A stretch of DNA of 64,000 nucleotides from Planctomycetota bacterium (GTDB lineage Bacteria; Planctomycetota; UBA1135; UBA2386): positions 1,568,001 to 1,632,000 of the forward strand of contig OZ245006.1 of assembly GCA_965223545.1 (NCBI GenBank), given 5' to 3'. The first letter of the stretch is position 1, and every line of letters begins with the position of its first letter. The translations under genes were made by a program, and so were the position numbers. The notes below the pieces were generated by a model. The model saw only the letters and a program-made list of their open reading frames with translations. It did no database searches and was not told the origin of the DNA. Of the stretch, positions 56,445-64,000 are shown in pieces.

Positions 56445-56951
56445 TCCGCCCCCGAGGCTGAGCGCGCGGATGCTCCCATCCGCGTCGAAGATCGTCATGC
56501 CGGGGTCCGACAGCAGCCACGATCGCGTGCCGAACTCGACCCGGCGCCCCACCCACCGCAGGGTCGGGCGGCCCTCGACCGCCAGGTTCCACTCGATCTC
56601 GCCGTCGACCTCGCGGCGCAGGTAGCGCACCGGCGCGTCGGTCCGATAGCCGCGCACCGCCGCTCGCGCGCCGCCGTAGCGAAACTCGACATCGTCGGCA
56701 CCGACCCGCAGCTCGAGCGGCGGGTCCCGGTCCGGCTCGCTCCAGGCCAGGGGCTCGCCGGGAGCAAGCTCGAGCGGCACCGGTTCTTCCGACGCGAGGT
56801 CCGGAGCCACCGCCTCGGGCGGCGCGGATTCGGTGCCGGGAGCCTCCGTCGGAGCGGGCTCCACCTCTTCGCCCGTCGTGCCGCAGGCCGCCAACAGCAG
56901 GACGACACCGGCGATCGGCCGGTGACAGCGGAGCTTGCAATCGCGCTTCAT
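56442..56951 (-). CDS. Hypothetical lipoprotein
   Basis: Lipobox LLAA|C, then a Pro/Glu-rich linker and a small beta domain. Confidence 0.65.
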   Translation of the reverse strand: MKRDCKLRCHRPIAGVVLLLAACGTTGEEVEPAPTEAPGTESAPPEAVAPDLASEEPVPLELAPGEPLAWSEPDRDPPLELRVGADDVEFRYGGARAAVRGYRTDAPVRYLRREVDGEIEWNLAVEGRPTLRWVGRRVEFGTRSWLLSDPGMTIFDADGSIRALSLGGG

Positions 56952-57086
56952 GGGGCTCAAGAGGTTGCCGCACGGCAGCCCACGCGACAAGAAATCTCGC
57001 GGGCACCGGAGCGCATCCCCGTATTCAGACGTGGTGTCCGCAATGATCCAGGCGTCTCCTTCGACCCACCGAGACCGGAGCACGGC

Positions 57087-58550
57087 ATGACGACGCGCCT
57101 CTTCGCCTCCCTCTCCCTGCTGGCCGCCGGCCTGGCCTGCGGCGCGACCGCGCTGCGACCGGCGTCTGCCGGCCCGAGCCTCGCCGCCGAGGGCACGCCC
57201 CAAGACCCGCTGCGGTTGGACGCCGACCCCAGCTCGCCGCTGATGCAGACCGCCAGCGACGACCTGGACCTCCGCGTAACGCCCGTGGTCAAGGCAGTGC
57301 GCCGCTCGGCCGACTCGGTCGTCAGCATCTATCTGCTCGAACGCGGGCTGGCGCAGGCCTCGCACGACCTGCGCGCCGCCGACGGCCAGGGGTCGGGTGT
57401 GATCCTCGACGAGAGCGGACTGGTGATCACCAACTGGCACGTCGTCGCCCGCGCCCTCGGCTCCGACCACGACGTCCTCGTCGCGCTGAAGAACGGCGGC
57501 AAGCACCCCGCCACCGTGCTGAGCAGCTCGGCGGAGCACGATCTCGCCCTGCTGAAGATGCGGCTGCCGGCGGACGCGTCGGTGCAACCGATCACGCTCG
57601 GGGATTCGAGCGCGCTGATGATCGGCGAGACCGTGATCGCGATCGGCAACCCGCAGGGCCATGCCAACACGGTCACCACGGGTGTCTTGTCGGCGGAGGA
57701 CCGCAGCATCACCGTGCGCGCGCCCGACGGAGCCGTGCGTCGCTACACGGGTCTCCTGCAGACCGATGCCGCCATCAACCAGGGCAACAGCGGTGGCGCG
57801 TTGCTCGACATCACCGGCAAGCTCATCGGCATCAACAACGCGATGGTCGTCGGCAGCGAAAACATCGGCTTCGCGATCCCCGTCGACCAGATGAAGCGGG
57901 TGTTCCGCGACGTGCTGCTGTCCGTGGACCGCCTGTCGCACGTCTGGCTCGGAATGAACCTGTCGACCGACGGCGCGCTCGAAGTGACCGCGCTCGACGA
58001 GTCGGGACCGGCCGCTCGCGCTGGGCTTCGCCTGGGCGACCGCTTGGTCTCGATCGCCGACCGCCCGGTCAGCAGCACGCTCGACTACATTCGACAGATG
58101 GCCGACGCCGAGCCAGGGCGGGCGATCGAGCTCGGGATCGAACGCCGTGGACGGCAGATGACCGTGGAGCCACGCCCCCTGAGCAACGCCGGTGCGGAAG
58201 TCTGGCGACGCATCGGGGTCGAGGTCGACACCATCGAGGCGGAGCGCGACCGGGATCTCGTCCGCCAGGCGACATCGCTGTTCTACGCGGGCTACCGCCG
58301 CGTGCAGATGCTGCCCTCGGTCGTGCGCGTGCGCCACGTCGATGCAGAGAGCACCGCCGGTGCGCTCGGCGTCCGCCCCGGTGACGTGCTCCTCGGCATC
58401 CAGTTTCGGGACTACTGGCGCAGCCGCGAACTACCCTTCATCTCCGAGGAAGACCTCGCTGACAAGCTGCGCGCCTTTGCCCGCACCGAGATCAAGGTCT
58501 TCGTCATGCGCGACGGCGAGGAGCTGAGCGGCCCCCTCGCCGTGCGCTGA
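57087..58550 (+). CDS. HtrA/DegP-family serine protease with two PDZ-like domains
   Basis: GSGVI, ITNWHV (His), DLALL (Asp), AIGNP.G, QTDAAINQGNSGG (Ser), GIN, GFAIP; AARAGLR.GD and GVRPGD PDZ motifs. Confidence 0.93.
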   Translation: MTTRLFASLSLLAAGLACGATALRPASAGPSLAAEGTPQDPLRLDADPSSPLMQTASDDLDLRVTPVVKAVRRSADSVVSIYLLERGLAQASHDLRAADGQGSGVILDESGLVITNWHVVARALGSDHDVLVALKNGGKHPATVLSSSAEHDLALLKMRLPADASVQPITLGDSSALMIGETVIAIGNPQGHANTVTTGVLSAEDRSITVRAPDGAVRRYTGLLQTDAAINQGNSGGALLDITGKLIGINNAMVVGSENIGFAIPVDQMKRVFRDVLLSVDRLSHVWLGMNLSTDGALEVTALDESGPAARAGLRLGDRLVSIADRPVSSTLDYIRQMADAEPGRAIELGIERRGRQMTVEPRPLSNAGAEVWRRIGVEVDTIEAERDRDLVRQATSLFYAGYRRVQMLPSVVRVRHVDAESTAGALGVRPGDVLLGIQFRDYWRSRELPFISEEDLADKLRAFARTEIKVFVMRDGEELSGPLAVR

Positions 58551-58555
58551 CCAAT

Positions 58556-58584
58556 GGAAGTACCGAGTCTGACTCGATTTTTCC
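58556..58584. repeat. REP-like palindrome, family A, copy 2
   Basis: GGAAGTACCGAGTCTGACTCGATTTTTCC with inner CGAGTC-T-GACTCG and outer GGAA/TTCC. Lies between convergent genes. Confidence 0.7.
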
Positions 58585-58591
58585 GCGCGCG

Positions 58592-59044
58592 TCAGTCCCG
58601 CCACACCGCCCGGTGGTACGCCCCACCCTCCGCCAGCCAGCGCACGAAGCTCTGGTGGTAGGGTGCGGCCAGCCACTGCTCGAGTTGCACCCGCTGCAGC
58701 TGCCGCGCAGCCACGACCTCCCCGCTGGCGGTTGGCACGCCGCGCCAACTCGACACCGAGAAGAAGAACGAGCGCCACGCGTAGCGCCGCGCCCCGCCGG
58801 TGACGCGCTCTCCCTCTTGCAGAAACAACAGCACGGGCTCGTCGTCGACGACCTCGATGGCGAGCTCTTCGCGCAGCTCGCGGCACAACGCCTCCACGAG
58901 CAGCTCGCCATCTTCGACCCGACCACCGGGCAGATCCCACACCAGCTGCTCGCGGCCCGCGATCAGGCGCCGGTTCTGCACGAACCAGATGCCCGCGGGA
59001 TCCTCGAGCACGGCGAAAGCTCCGAGAAAGTCCGCTGCGGTCAT
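58592..59044 (-). CDS. NUDIX hydrolase
   Basis: Nudix box WDLPGGRVEDGELLVEALCRELREELAI. ATGA overlap with the GT4 stop. Confidence 0.88.
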   Translation of the reverse strand: MTAADFLGAFAVLEDPAGIWFVQNRRLIAGREQLVWDLPGGRVEDGELLVEALCRELREELAIEVVDDEPVLLFLQEGERVTGGARRYAWRSFFFSVSSWRGVPTASGEVVAARQLQRVQLEQWLAAPYHQSFVRWLAEGGAYHRAVWRD

Positions 59045-60234
59045 GGCGGCACAGCATCCGCGGCTCGCGGCGCGTTGCAAGCCGCGCTGGCCAGCGCGCG
59101 CCGGTACGCCTCGACGAGCTGGCGCGCGACCTGCGCCGGTTGAAAGCGCCACAGCTCCCGCCGACTGCGCTCGACCAGTGCCGCGCGCCGCTCCGGCTCG
59201 GTGAGCAGCTGCTGGACCGCGCGGACCAAGCCATCGATTCCGTCGGCGCGCGGCACCAGCACACCGGCACCCCAGGTGGCCAGCGCATCCCGCACGCCCG
59301 GCACATCGAACCCGACCACCGGCACACCGGCGGCGAACGCCTCGATGGCGGCCAGTGGGCAACCTTCGCGCTCACTGGTCAGCACCAACGCATCCATCGC
59401 GGGCAAGCACGCGGCCAGGTCCCCGCGGTTTCCGTGCAGACGCAGCCGCTCGCCAGCCGCGTGCAGCGCACCGCGCAGTGGCCCGTCGCCGAACACGTGG
59501 CCGACGGCACCCGCAACCGCAGCGACCACGCTGGCAAAACGATCGGGGCGCTTGATCGGCACCAGCCGACCGACGAACCCCAGCTGCGGATCGCTGCCGA
59601 CGACTCCCAAGTGCTGCCGCGCCGCGTCGCGGTCCCCGGCGAAGAACGCGCCGAGCTCGATCGCCGGCGGCGTCACTTCGGTCGAAGCCGGCACCACCCC
59701 CAGCGCGCACAGCTCGTCGCGGCACGACGGACTCACGGCGAACAGGAGGTCCGTGCGACGCGCCAGCCGGGCCTCGACGCGCCGCAGCAGACTGGACACC
59801 GGCCGGGCGTAGTAGTCGCGCAACACCATCCCGTGGAAGGTGTGGGCAATGACCGGCACACCGTGGCGGCGGGCCACCCGCCGGCCGATCAGGCCGGCCT
59901 TGCTGGTGTGCGTGTGCACGACGTCGGGCCGCAGGGAGCGCACGCACGCGGCCAACCGGCGCGCCGCCAGCGCATCGCGCCACGGTGACGGCGCCCGGCC
60001 CAGCTCCGCCACCTCGAGCCAACCCGCCGCCTGGCCACGGCCACGCGCCAGATCCTCCAGCGCCAGGCGCGGCACTCCGTGCGCCGTCAAGTCGACCGGC
60101 TCCTCGCCGTCTCCGCACCGGCCGACGGCGAGCACCGTCTGCACTCCCATCTCCCGGTGGGCATGCCAGAACGCGATCATCTGCCGCGTCGGGCCGCCGA
60201 CGTTGGGCCGGGTCAGAACACGCAGCACGCGCAT
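59041..60234 (-). CDS. Family 4 (GT-B) glycosyltransferase
   Basis: TRPNVGGP, DVVHTHTSKAG, HTFHG, FVGRLVPIK, GDGP, SEREGCPLAAIEA.AAG.PVV. Confidence 0.92.
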   Translation of the reverse strand: MRVLRVLTRPNVGGPTRQMIAFWHAHREMGVQTVLAVGRCGDGEEPVDLTAHGVPRLALEDLARGRGQAAGWLEVAELGRAPSPWRDALAARRLAACVRSLRPDVVHTHTSKAGLIGRRVARRHGVPVIAHTFHGMVLRDYYARPVSSLLRRVEARLARRTDLLFAVSPSCRDELCALGVVPASTEVTPPAIELGAFFAGDRDAARQHLGVVGSDPQLGFVGRLVPIKRPDRFASVVAAVAGAVGHVFGDGPLRGALHAAGERLRLHGNRGDLAACLPAMDALVLTSEREGCPLAAIEAFAAGVPVVGFDVPGVRDALATWGAGVLVPRADGIDGLVRAVQQLLTEPERRAALVERSRRELWRFQPAQVARQLVEAYRRALASAACNAPRAADAVPP

Positions 60235-62006
60235 CAGCAGCTCCCCTCGCGCACGCGCATGTAGAACTCGACGGCGGCGACCAGGTAGAGCGCGTGGCCC
60301 AAGCGCGCACGTCCGGCGCGGTGCAGATCGAGCATGCGATCGAGTCCCACCGCGCGCACGTGCGGGCGCTGTCGCGTGCGAGCGTCACGCAGCACGTCGG
60401 TGATCAGCGAGCCTCCGGCGGTGCGCAGCCACCGGTCGAGCGGCAGGCCGAAGCCGCGCTTGCGCTGTTCGAGAATGCCGGCCGGCAGCGCACCGGCGAA
60501 CGCGCGCTTGAGCGCGACCTTGCCGAGCACGGCGCGCGCGCGCCGCGTGCCGGTCTCCGGCGAGGCCAGCACCTCGGGATCCAAGTAAGGGCACCGCGCC
60601 TCGACGCCCGCCGCCATGGTCGCCGTGTCGCACTTCGGCAGCAGGTCGAAGCGCAGATAGAAGGCGCGGTCGACATGGCGGGCGCGGTCGAGCGCCGGCG
60701 GCAACCGCGAGGGCAGCGGCAGCCGCCCCGCGTCCCAGCTCGGCACCGCCAACGCGGCGCGGGCAAACGCCGGCGGCGTCACCTCCAACAGCGCGTCGTA
60801 GGGCGACGGCGCCGCGAGCGCACGCGACACCCGGGCCGCGGTGCCGGTCGCCAGCTGCGCCGCCGGCGCACGCCGCATTCCCCGGCGAGGGAGCCAAGCC
60901 GCGGCCCGATGCCGGCGGTAGCCGAGCCACTGATCATCGGCGCCCTCGCCCGACAACAGCACGCGGACACCGTCGGCGTGCGCCGCCCGCGCCGTCGCGT
61001 GCATGGCGAGCACCGATGGATCGCCCTGTGGCAAGCCGGTCAAGGCCGTGAGGCGCGGCAGGGCGTCGAGGACCTCGACGCCACCGTCCACCGGCACGAG
61101 CGTCGCACCGGTGGCGCGCGCCACCGCGACCGCGCGCGCACGCTCGGCAGCATCAGCGCCGACGGCCTTGAACTGATAGGCGCGCAGCTCGTCGCCGCCA
61201 TCGTCGTTCGCGCGATCGCGCAACGCCGCGGCCAGGCACGAGCTGTCGACCCCGCCCGACAGGCAGAGGCCGATCGGCACCTCGGTGCGGGCACAACGCG
61301 CGGCGGCGCGGCGCACGCGAGTGCGCAGGTCGGCCGGGCTTCGCGCTTCCGGCGGCGCCGCCGCGACGACCCGACGCAGCGGTCGCCGCGCAACCGCCTC
61401 GTGCACTCCGCGCAGATCGGCGTGCAGCACCGCATCGGCACTCGCCAGCGACGGACCCGTGCAGAACCCGTAGCGGAGCAGCCGCGCCAGCTCGACTTCG
61501 GACAACGCGAGGTCGATGCCGAGGACGCGCAATGCCGACACCGACGAGCCGAACGCCACCAGCGCACCCCCGTGGCTCACCGCCCAAAGCGGCTTCTCGC
61601 CCTCGGGATCGCGCGCCAACCAAACCGTGTCGCTCGCCGGCTCGAGGACGGCCAACGCGTAGCCGCCGCACGTCGCGGCGAGCGCCGCCGGCCCGCCGCG
61701 CTCGAGCCGCAACAGCGCCAGCTCGGCGTCGTTGCGCGTGGCGGCACGCGTGCCGTGCTCACGCCATTCGCGCGCCGAGGACGTCACCGCGCCGTTGAAC
61801 ACCGCGACCCGCCCGGTGCGCGGGCAGTGGATCGGCTGCGGCGCAGCGGGGTCGGTGATCGCCAGCCGCGCGACTCCCACCCACCAGTCGCCGGCCTCGA
61901 CGATCGCGCAACCGTCGGGCCCACGCCAGCGCAAGGCGTCCACGCCGCGGTCGAACGCGGCGCGCGTTCGCAACCAAGATCGCCGGGCTCCGAGAATGCC
62001 GCACAT
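60234..62006 (-). CDS. Asparagine synthase-like (AsnB family) glutamine amidotransferase, probably glycan amidation
   Basis: MCGI (Ntn Cys), RGPD, RLAITD, FNG, ARD..G.KPL, LSGGVDSS, LSGEGADD, E.RCPYLD, KRGF..P. Confidence 0.88.
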   Translation of the reverse strand: MCGILGARRSWLRTRAAFDRGVDALRWRGPDGCAIVEAGDWWVGVARLAITDPAAPQPIHCPRTGRVAVFNGAVTSSAREWREHGTRAATRNDAELALLRLERGGPAALAATCGGYALAVLEPASDTVWLARDPEGEKPLWAVSHGGALVAFGSSVSALRVLGIDLALSEVELARLLRYGFCTGPSLASADAVLHADLRGVHEAVARRPLRRVVAAAPPEARSPADLRTRVRRAAARCARTEVPIGLCLSGGVDSSCLAAALRDRANDDGGDELRAYQFKAVGADAAERARAVAVARATGATLVPVDGGVEVLDALPRLTALTGLPQGDPSVLAMHATARAAHADGVRVLLSGEGADDQWLGYRRHRAAAWLPRRGMRRAPAAQLATGTAARVSRALAAPSPYDALLEVTPPAFARAALAVPSWDAGRLPLPSRLPPALDRARHVDRAFYLRFDLLPKCDTATMAAGVEARCPYLDPEVLASPETGTRRARAVLGKVALKRAFAGALPAGILEQRKRGFGLPLDRWLRTAGGSLITDVLRDARTRQRPHVRAVGLDRMLDLHRAGRARLGHALYLVAAVEFYMRVREGSC

Positions 62007-62111
62007 TGCCGCCGTTGGACGTCGTCACGGGACAAAGTACGGAGCCAATCGGCAGATTTCTGCCCTCGGCTTGCCGCAGCCGTCAGCCGGGCCGCGGGGC
62101 GGCGCCGCGGC

Positions 62112-62594
62112 TCACGGGATGTAGGCCGTCAGGTGGAAGTGCCAGCCGAGCAGCGCGGTGTAGCCGAGCAAGACCAGCGACAGCCCGATCCGCGAGGCCA
62201 TGAAGTTCTTGGTGACGGTCAGGAACGCGACGCACAGGCCGATGCCGACCGATTTGACGGCGATGAAGCCCCACACGCCGGTCTCGCGCAAGACCCAGTC
62301 GACGAAGGGGTTGAGCTCGGTGCCGCCGTGGCTGAGGAACAGCACCGTGTAGAAGGCGTCCAGGATGTTGAGCATGGCGACGCCCGTTACCGCGAGGAAG
62401 AGCAGCACACCGTGCTGATCCGGGATCGTTCCCCACTCCTCGCCCACGCGCCGCGCGGCGACGCGGCGGCCGCCGAAGAAGGCGTGGTGGGTCAGTGCAG
62501 GGCCGCGGCGGCGGTCGCCGAGGGTGCGTCCTCGGACCGGAGACGCAGAACGAAGAGGACGAGGACGCGACAGAGCTGGTGTGGCAATTCCCAT
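62112..62594 (-). CDS. DUF5658-like membrane protein
   Basis: Arg-rich N-terminus with GGRR; LNILDAFYT, GGTELNP, F..VK; 3 TM helices. Confidence 0.75.
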   Translation of the reverse strand: MGIATPALSRPRPLRSASPVRGRTLGDRRRGPALTHHAFFGGRRVAARRVGEEWGTIPDQHGVLLFLAVTGVAMLNILDAFYTVLFLSHGGTELNPFVDWVLRETGVWGFIAVKSVGIGLCVAFLTVTKNFMASRIGLSLVLLGYTALLGWHFHLTAYIP

Positions 62595-62739
62595 GGTTGA
62601 CTCGAGCCAAAGCCTACGCCGAGGGGTGCCGGCGGATCGGTTGCGGCGCGCCTCGAAGCCGATCGAGTGGGCCGCGAACCGGCGTTGCGGCCGGCTGTTC
62701 CGCGCCGATCTCGTTTTGAGAGCGGCCGGAGCCCGGCTC

Positions 62740-63261
62740 TCAGTGGGCCCCGCTCGGCGCGTCTTCGTCGAGCTCCACCCGGATGCGCCGCTCGCCCCGC
62801 ACCAGCTCGTAGGCGTGCGCCCAGCGCGCGGCGACCGTCGCGTCCGCGCCGACGGCGCGCGCAGGCCCCGGCTCGACGAGCGCGATCACGCGGTCGAGCG
62901 CTTTCCGCAACGCCGGCGTCGGCTCGACCGGGGTGCCGTCGTGGAAGGCGCGGATCTGGCCATCGCCGAGCCAGACCAAGCTGTCGGCATGCCCATCGCG
63001 GCGCAGCGTCAGCTGGTAGTGGGCGGCGGTACGATCGAAGGCGAGCTCACCGCGCACCGCGGCGCCCTCGTCACCGTTCTCGATGATGGTCACAACGCCG
63101 CGAAACGAGGCGCGCTCGGACAGCAGGGCCGTCGGCCGCGGACCGCACGCTGTGGCGGCACACAGCGCGGCCAGCGCCAGCCCCGACGGCGGGCGCGCAG
63201 AACGGACTGTGCTGGGTTGTTGCGGACGCACCGGTGGGGCCGATGCTACGGTCAGGGCCAT
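62740..63261 (-). CDS. Hypothetical protein, possibly a lipoprotein
   Basis: LALAALCAATA|C lipobox-like segment followed by a beta-rich domain. Start uncertain. Confidence 0.55.
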   Translation of the reverse strand: MALTVASAPPVRPQQPSTVRSARPPSGLALAALCAATACGPRPTALLSERASFRGVVTIIENGDEGAAVRGELAFDRTAAHYQLTLRRDGHADSLVWLGDGQIRAFHDGTPVEPTPALRKALDRVIALVEPGPARAVGADATVAARWAHAYELVRGERRIRVELDEDAPSGAH

Positions 63262-63320
63262 CGACCTTCTCCCATGCCACACCTTGTTTTCTGCCCCACC
63301 GGACGGTCAAAACGACCGGC

Positions 63321-64000
63321 TTGAACCTGCCTGAGATCCAGCTCGCGGTGCGGGTGCACGGCCGGCATCCGTGGTTCTTCCGCAAGATGATCCGGCGGCC
63401 ACGGCAGTCGCTGCCGGCCGGGGCCGCCGTGCGCGTCCGCGACCGCGACGGCGCGCCGGTGGGGATCGGGTTCTACAACGCGCGCTGCGAGCTGGCCCTG
63501 CGCATCCTCCGGCGCGGCACTCCGGACAACGGCGGCGACGACATCGAAGCATGCCTGCAGGAGTTGCTCGACGATGCCTTGGAGCTGCGCCACGACGTGC
63601 TCGATCTACCGGCGCGCACTACCGCATACCGGCTGGTCCACGCCGAGGGCGACGGCCTGCCCGGCCTGATTCTCGACCGGCTGGCGGACACCATCGTGGC
63701 CCAGGTGTTCGCCCTAGGCATTCACCACCACATCGAGCCGATCGGCGAGCACCTGTTGCAGCGGCTGCCCGACAGCAAGCTCGTGCTGACGGTCGACAGC
63801 GAGGCCGCCAAGCGCGAAGGCATTCCCGCGGCGCCTCCAGTGCGCGCGCGGGAGGTCGAAGTGCACGAGCACGGCGTGCTCTTCGCCGTTCGACCCGGCG
63901 AGGGACACAAGACCGGCTTCTTCGCCGATCAGCGCGGCGCGCGGCAGCGCGTGCGCTCCCTGGCGCACGGCCGCCGCGTGCTCGACCTCTTCTGCAACGC
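63321..64000 (+). CDS. RlmI-like class I SAM-dependent rRNA methyltransferase; truncated by the window edge
   Basis: Manual translation from TTG 63321: HPWFF, GFYN, AYRLVHAEGDGLPGLILDR, EHGV.F, GHKTGFFADQR, GRRVLDLFC. Confidence 0.9.
   Translation, partial: MNLPEIQLAVRVHGRHPWFFRKMIRRPRQSLPAGAAVRVRDRDGAPVGIGFYNARCELALRILRRGTPDNGGDDIEACLQELLDDALELRHDVLDLPARTTAYRLVHAEGDGLPGLILDRLADTIVAQVFALGIHHHIEPIGEHLLQRLPDSKLVLTVDSEAAKREGIPAAPPVRAREVEVHEHGVLFAVRPGEGHKTGFFADQRGARQRVRSLAHGRRVLDLFCN

Noticed and set aside
57087..58550. DegP as the activating protease of the ECF fusions
   Set aside because: Not adjacent to either sigma gene and a ubiquitous housekeeping family; no supporting evidence.
345..62600. 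Very long alternative-frame ORFs (e.g. 345..2003+, 7635..9386+, 35559..38150+, 38272..40593-, 59985..62600+)
   Set aside because: Arg/Ala/Pro-rich shadow frames of motif-supported genes, expected at this GC content; no motifs of their own.
1..64000. tRNA, rRNA, integrase, transposase, phage or defence genes
   Set aside because: None recognisable; almost all sequence is accounted for by the listed genes. Small RNAs in short gaps cannot be excluded by eye.

Overview
64-kb chromosomal window from a very high-GC bacterium, most likely Planctomycetota. That assignment is inferred from the ECF sigma factors with long extracytoplasmic extensions and the many FG-GAP/ELWxxDGT/HAF-repeat secreted proteins. 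It holds about 49 protein-coding genes. I found no rRNA, tRNA, CRISPR array or transposase. Housekeeping content: a complete trpE-G-D-C-F-B-A-aroF operon preceded by a WRWWW leader peptide absent from the ORF track, murQ, a peptidoglycan/MurNAc-scavenging cluster (GHL10-like hydrolase, SIS protein, DUF2237, Na+/solute symporter, two NamZ), envelope genes (two GT-C enzymes, Wzx, GT4, AsnB-like, two SGNH), degP and a partial rlmI. The best candidate for an undescribed system is a secreted-protein family. Nine unrelated secreted proteins share a ~110-140 aa beta-rich domain, C-terminal in six, inserted near the C-terminus in two and stand-alone in one. Thirteen predicted secreted proteins have Gln right after the signal peptide. 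Two membrane-anchored ECF sigma fusions each sit beside a paralogous secreted gene with a GAAC-N16/17-CGTA promoter-like motif and an FG-GAP gene. Also seen: an M28 peptidase-transglutaminase fusion lipoprotein, two short intergenic repeat families and a lower-GC two-gene islet. All family calls come from motif recognition by eye; no searches were run. Start codons are best estimates.
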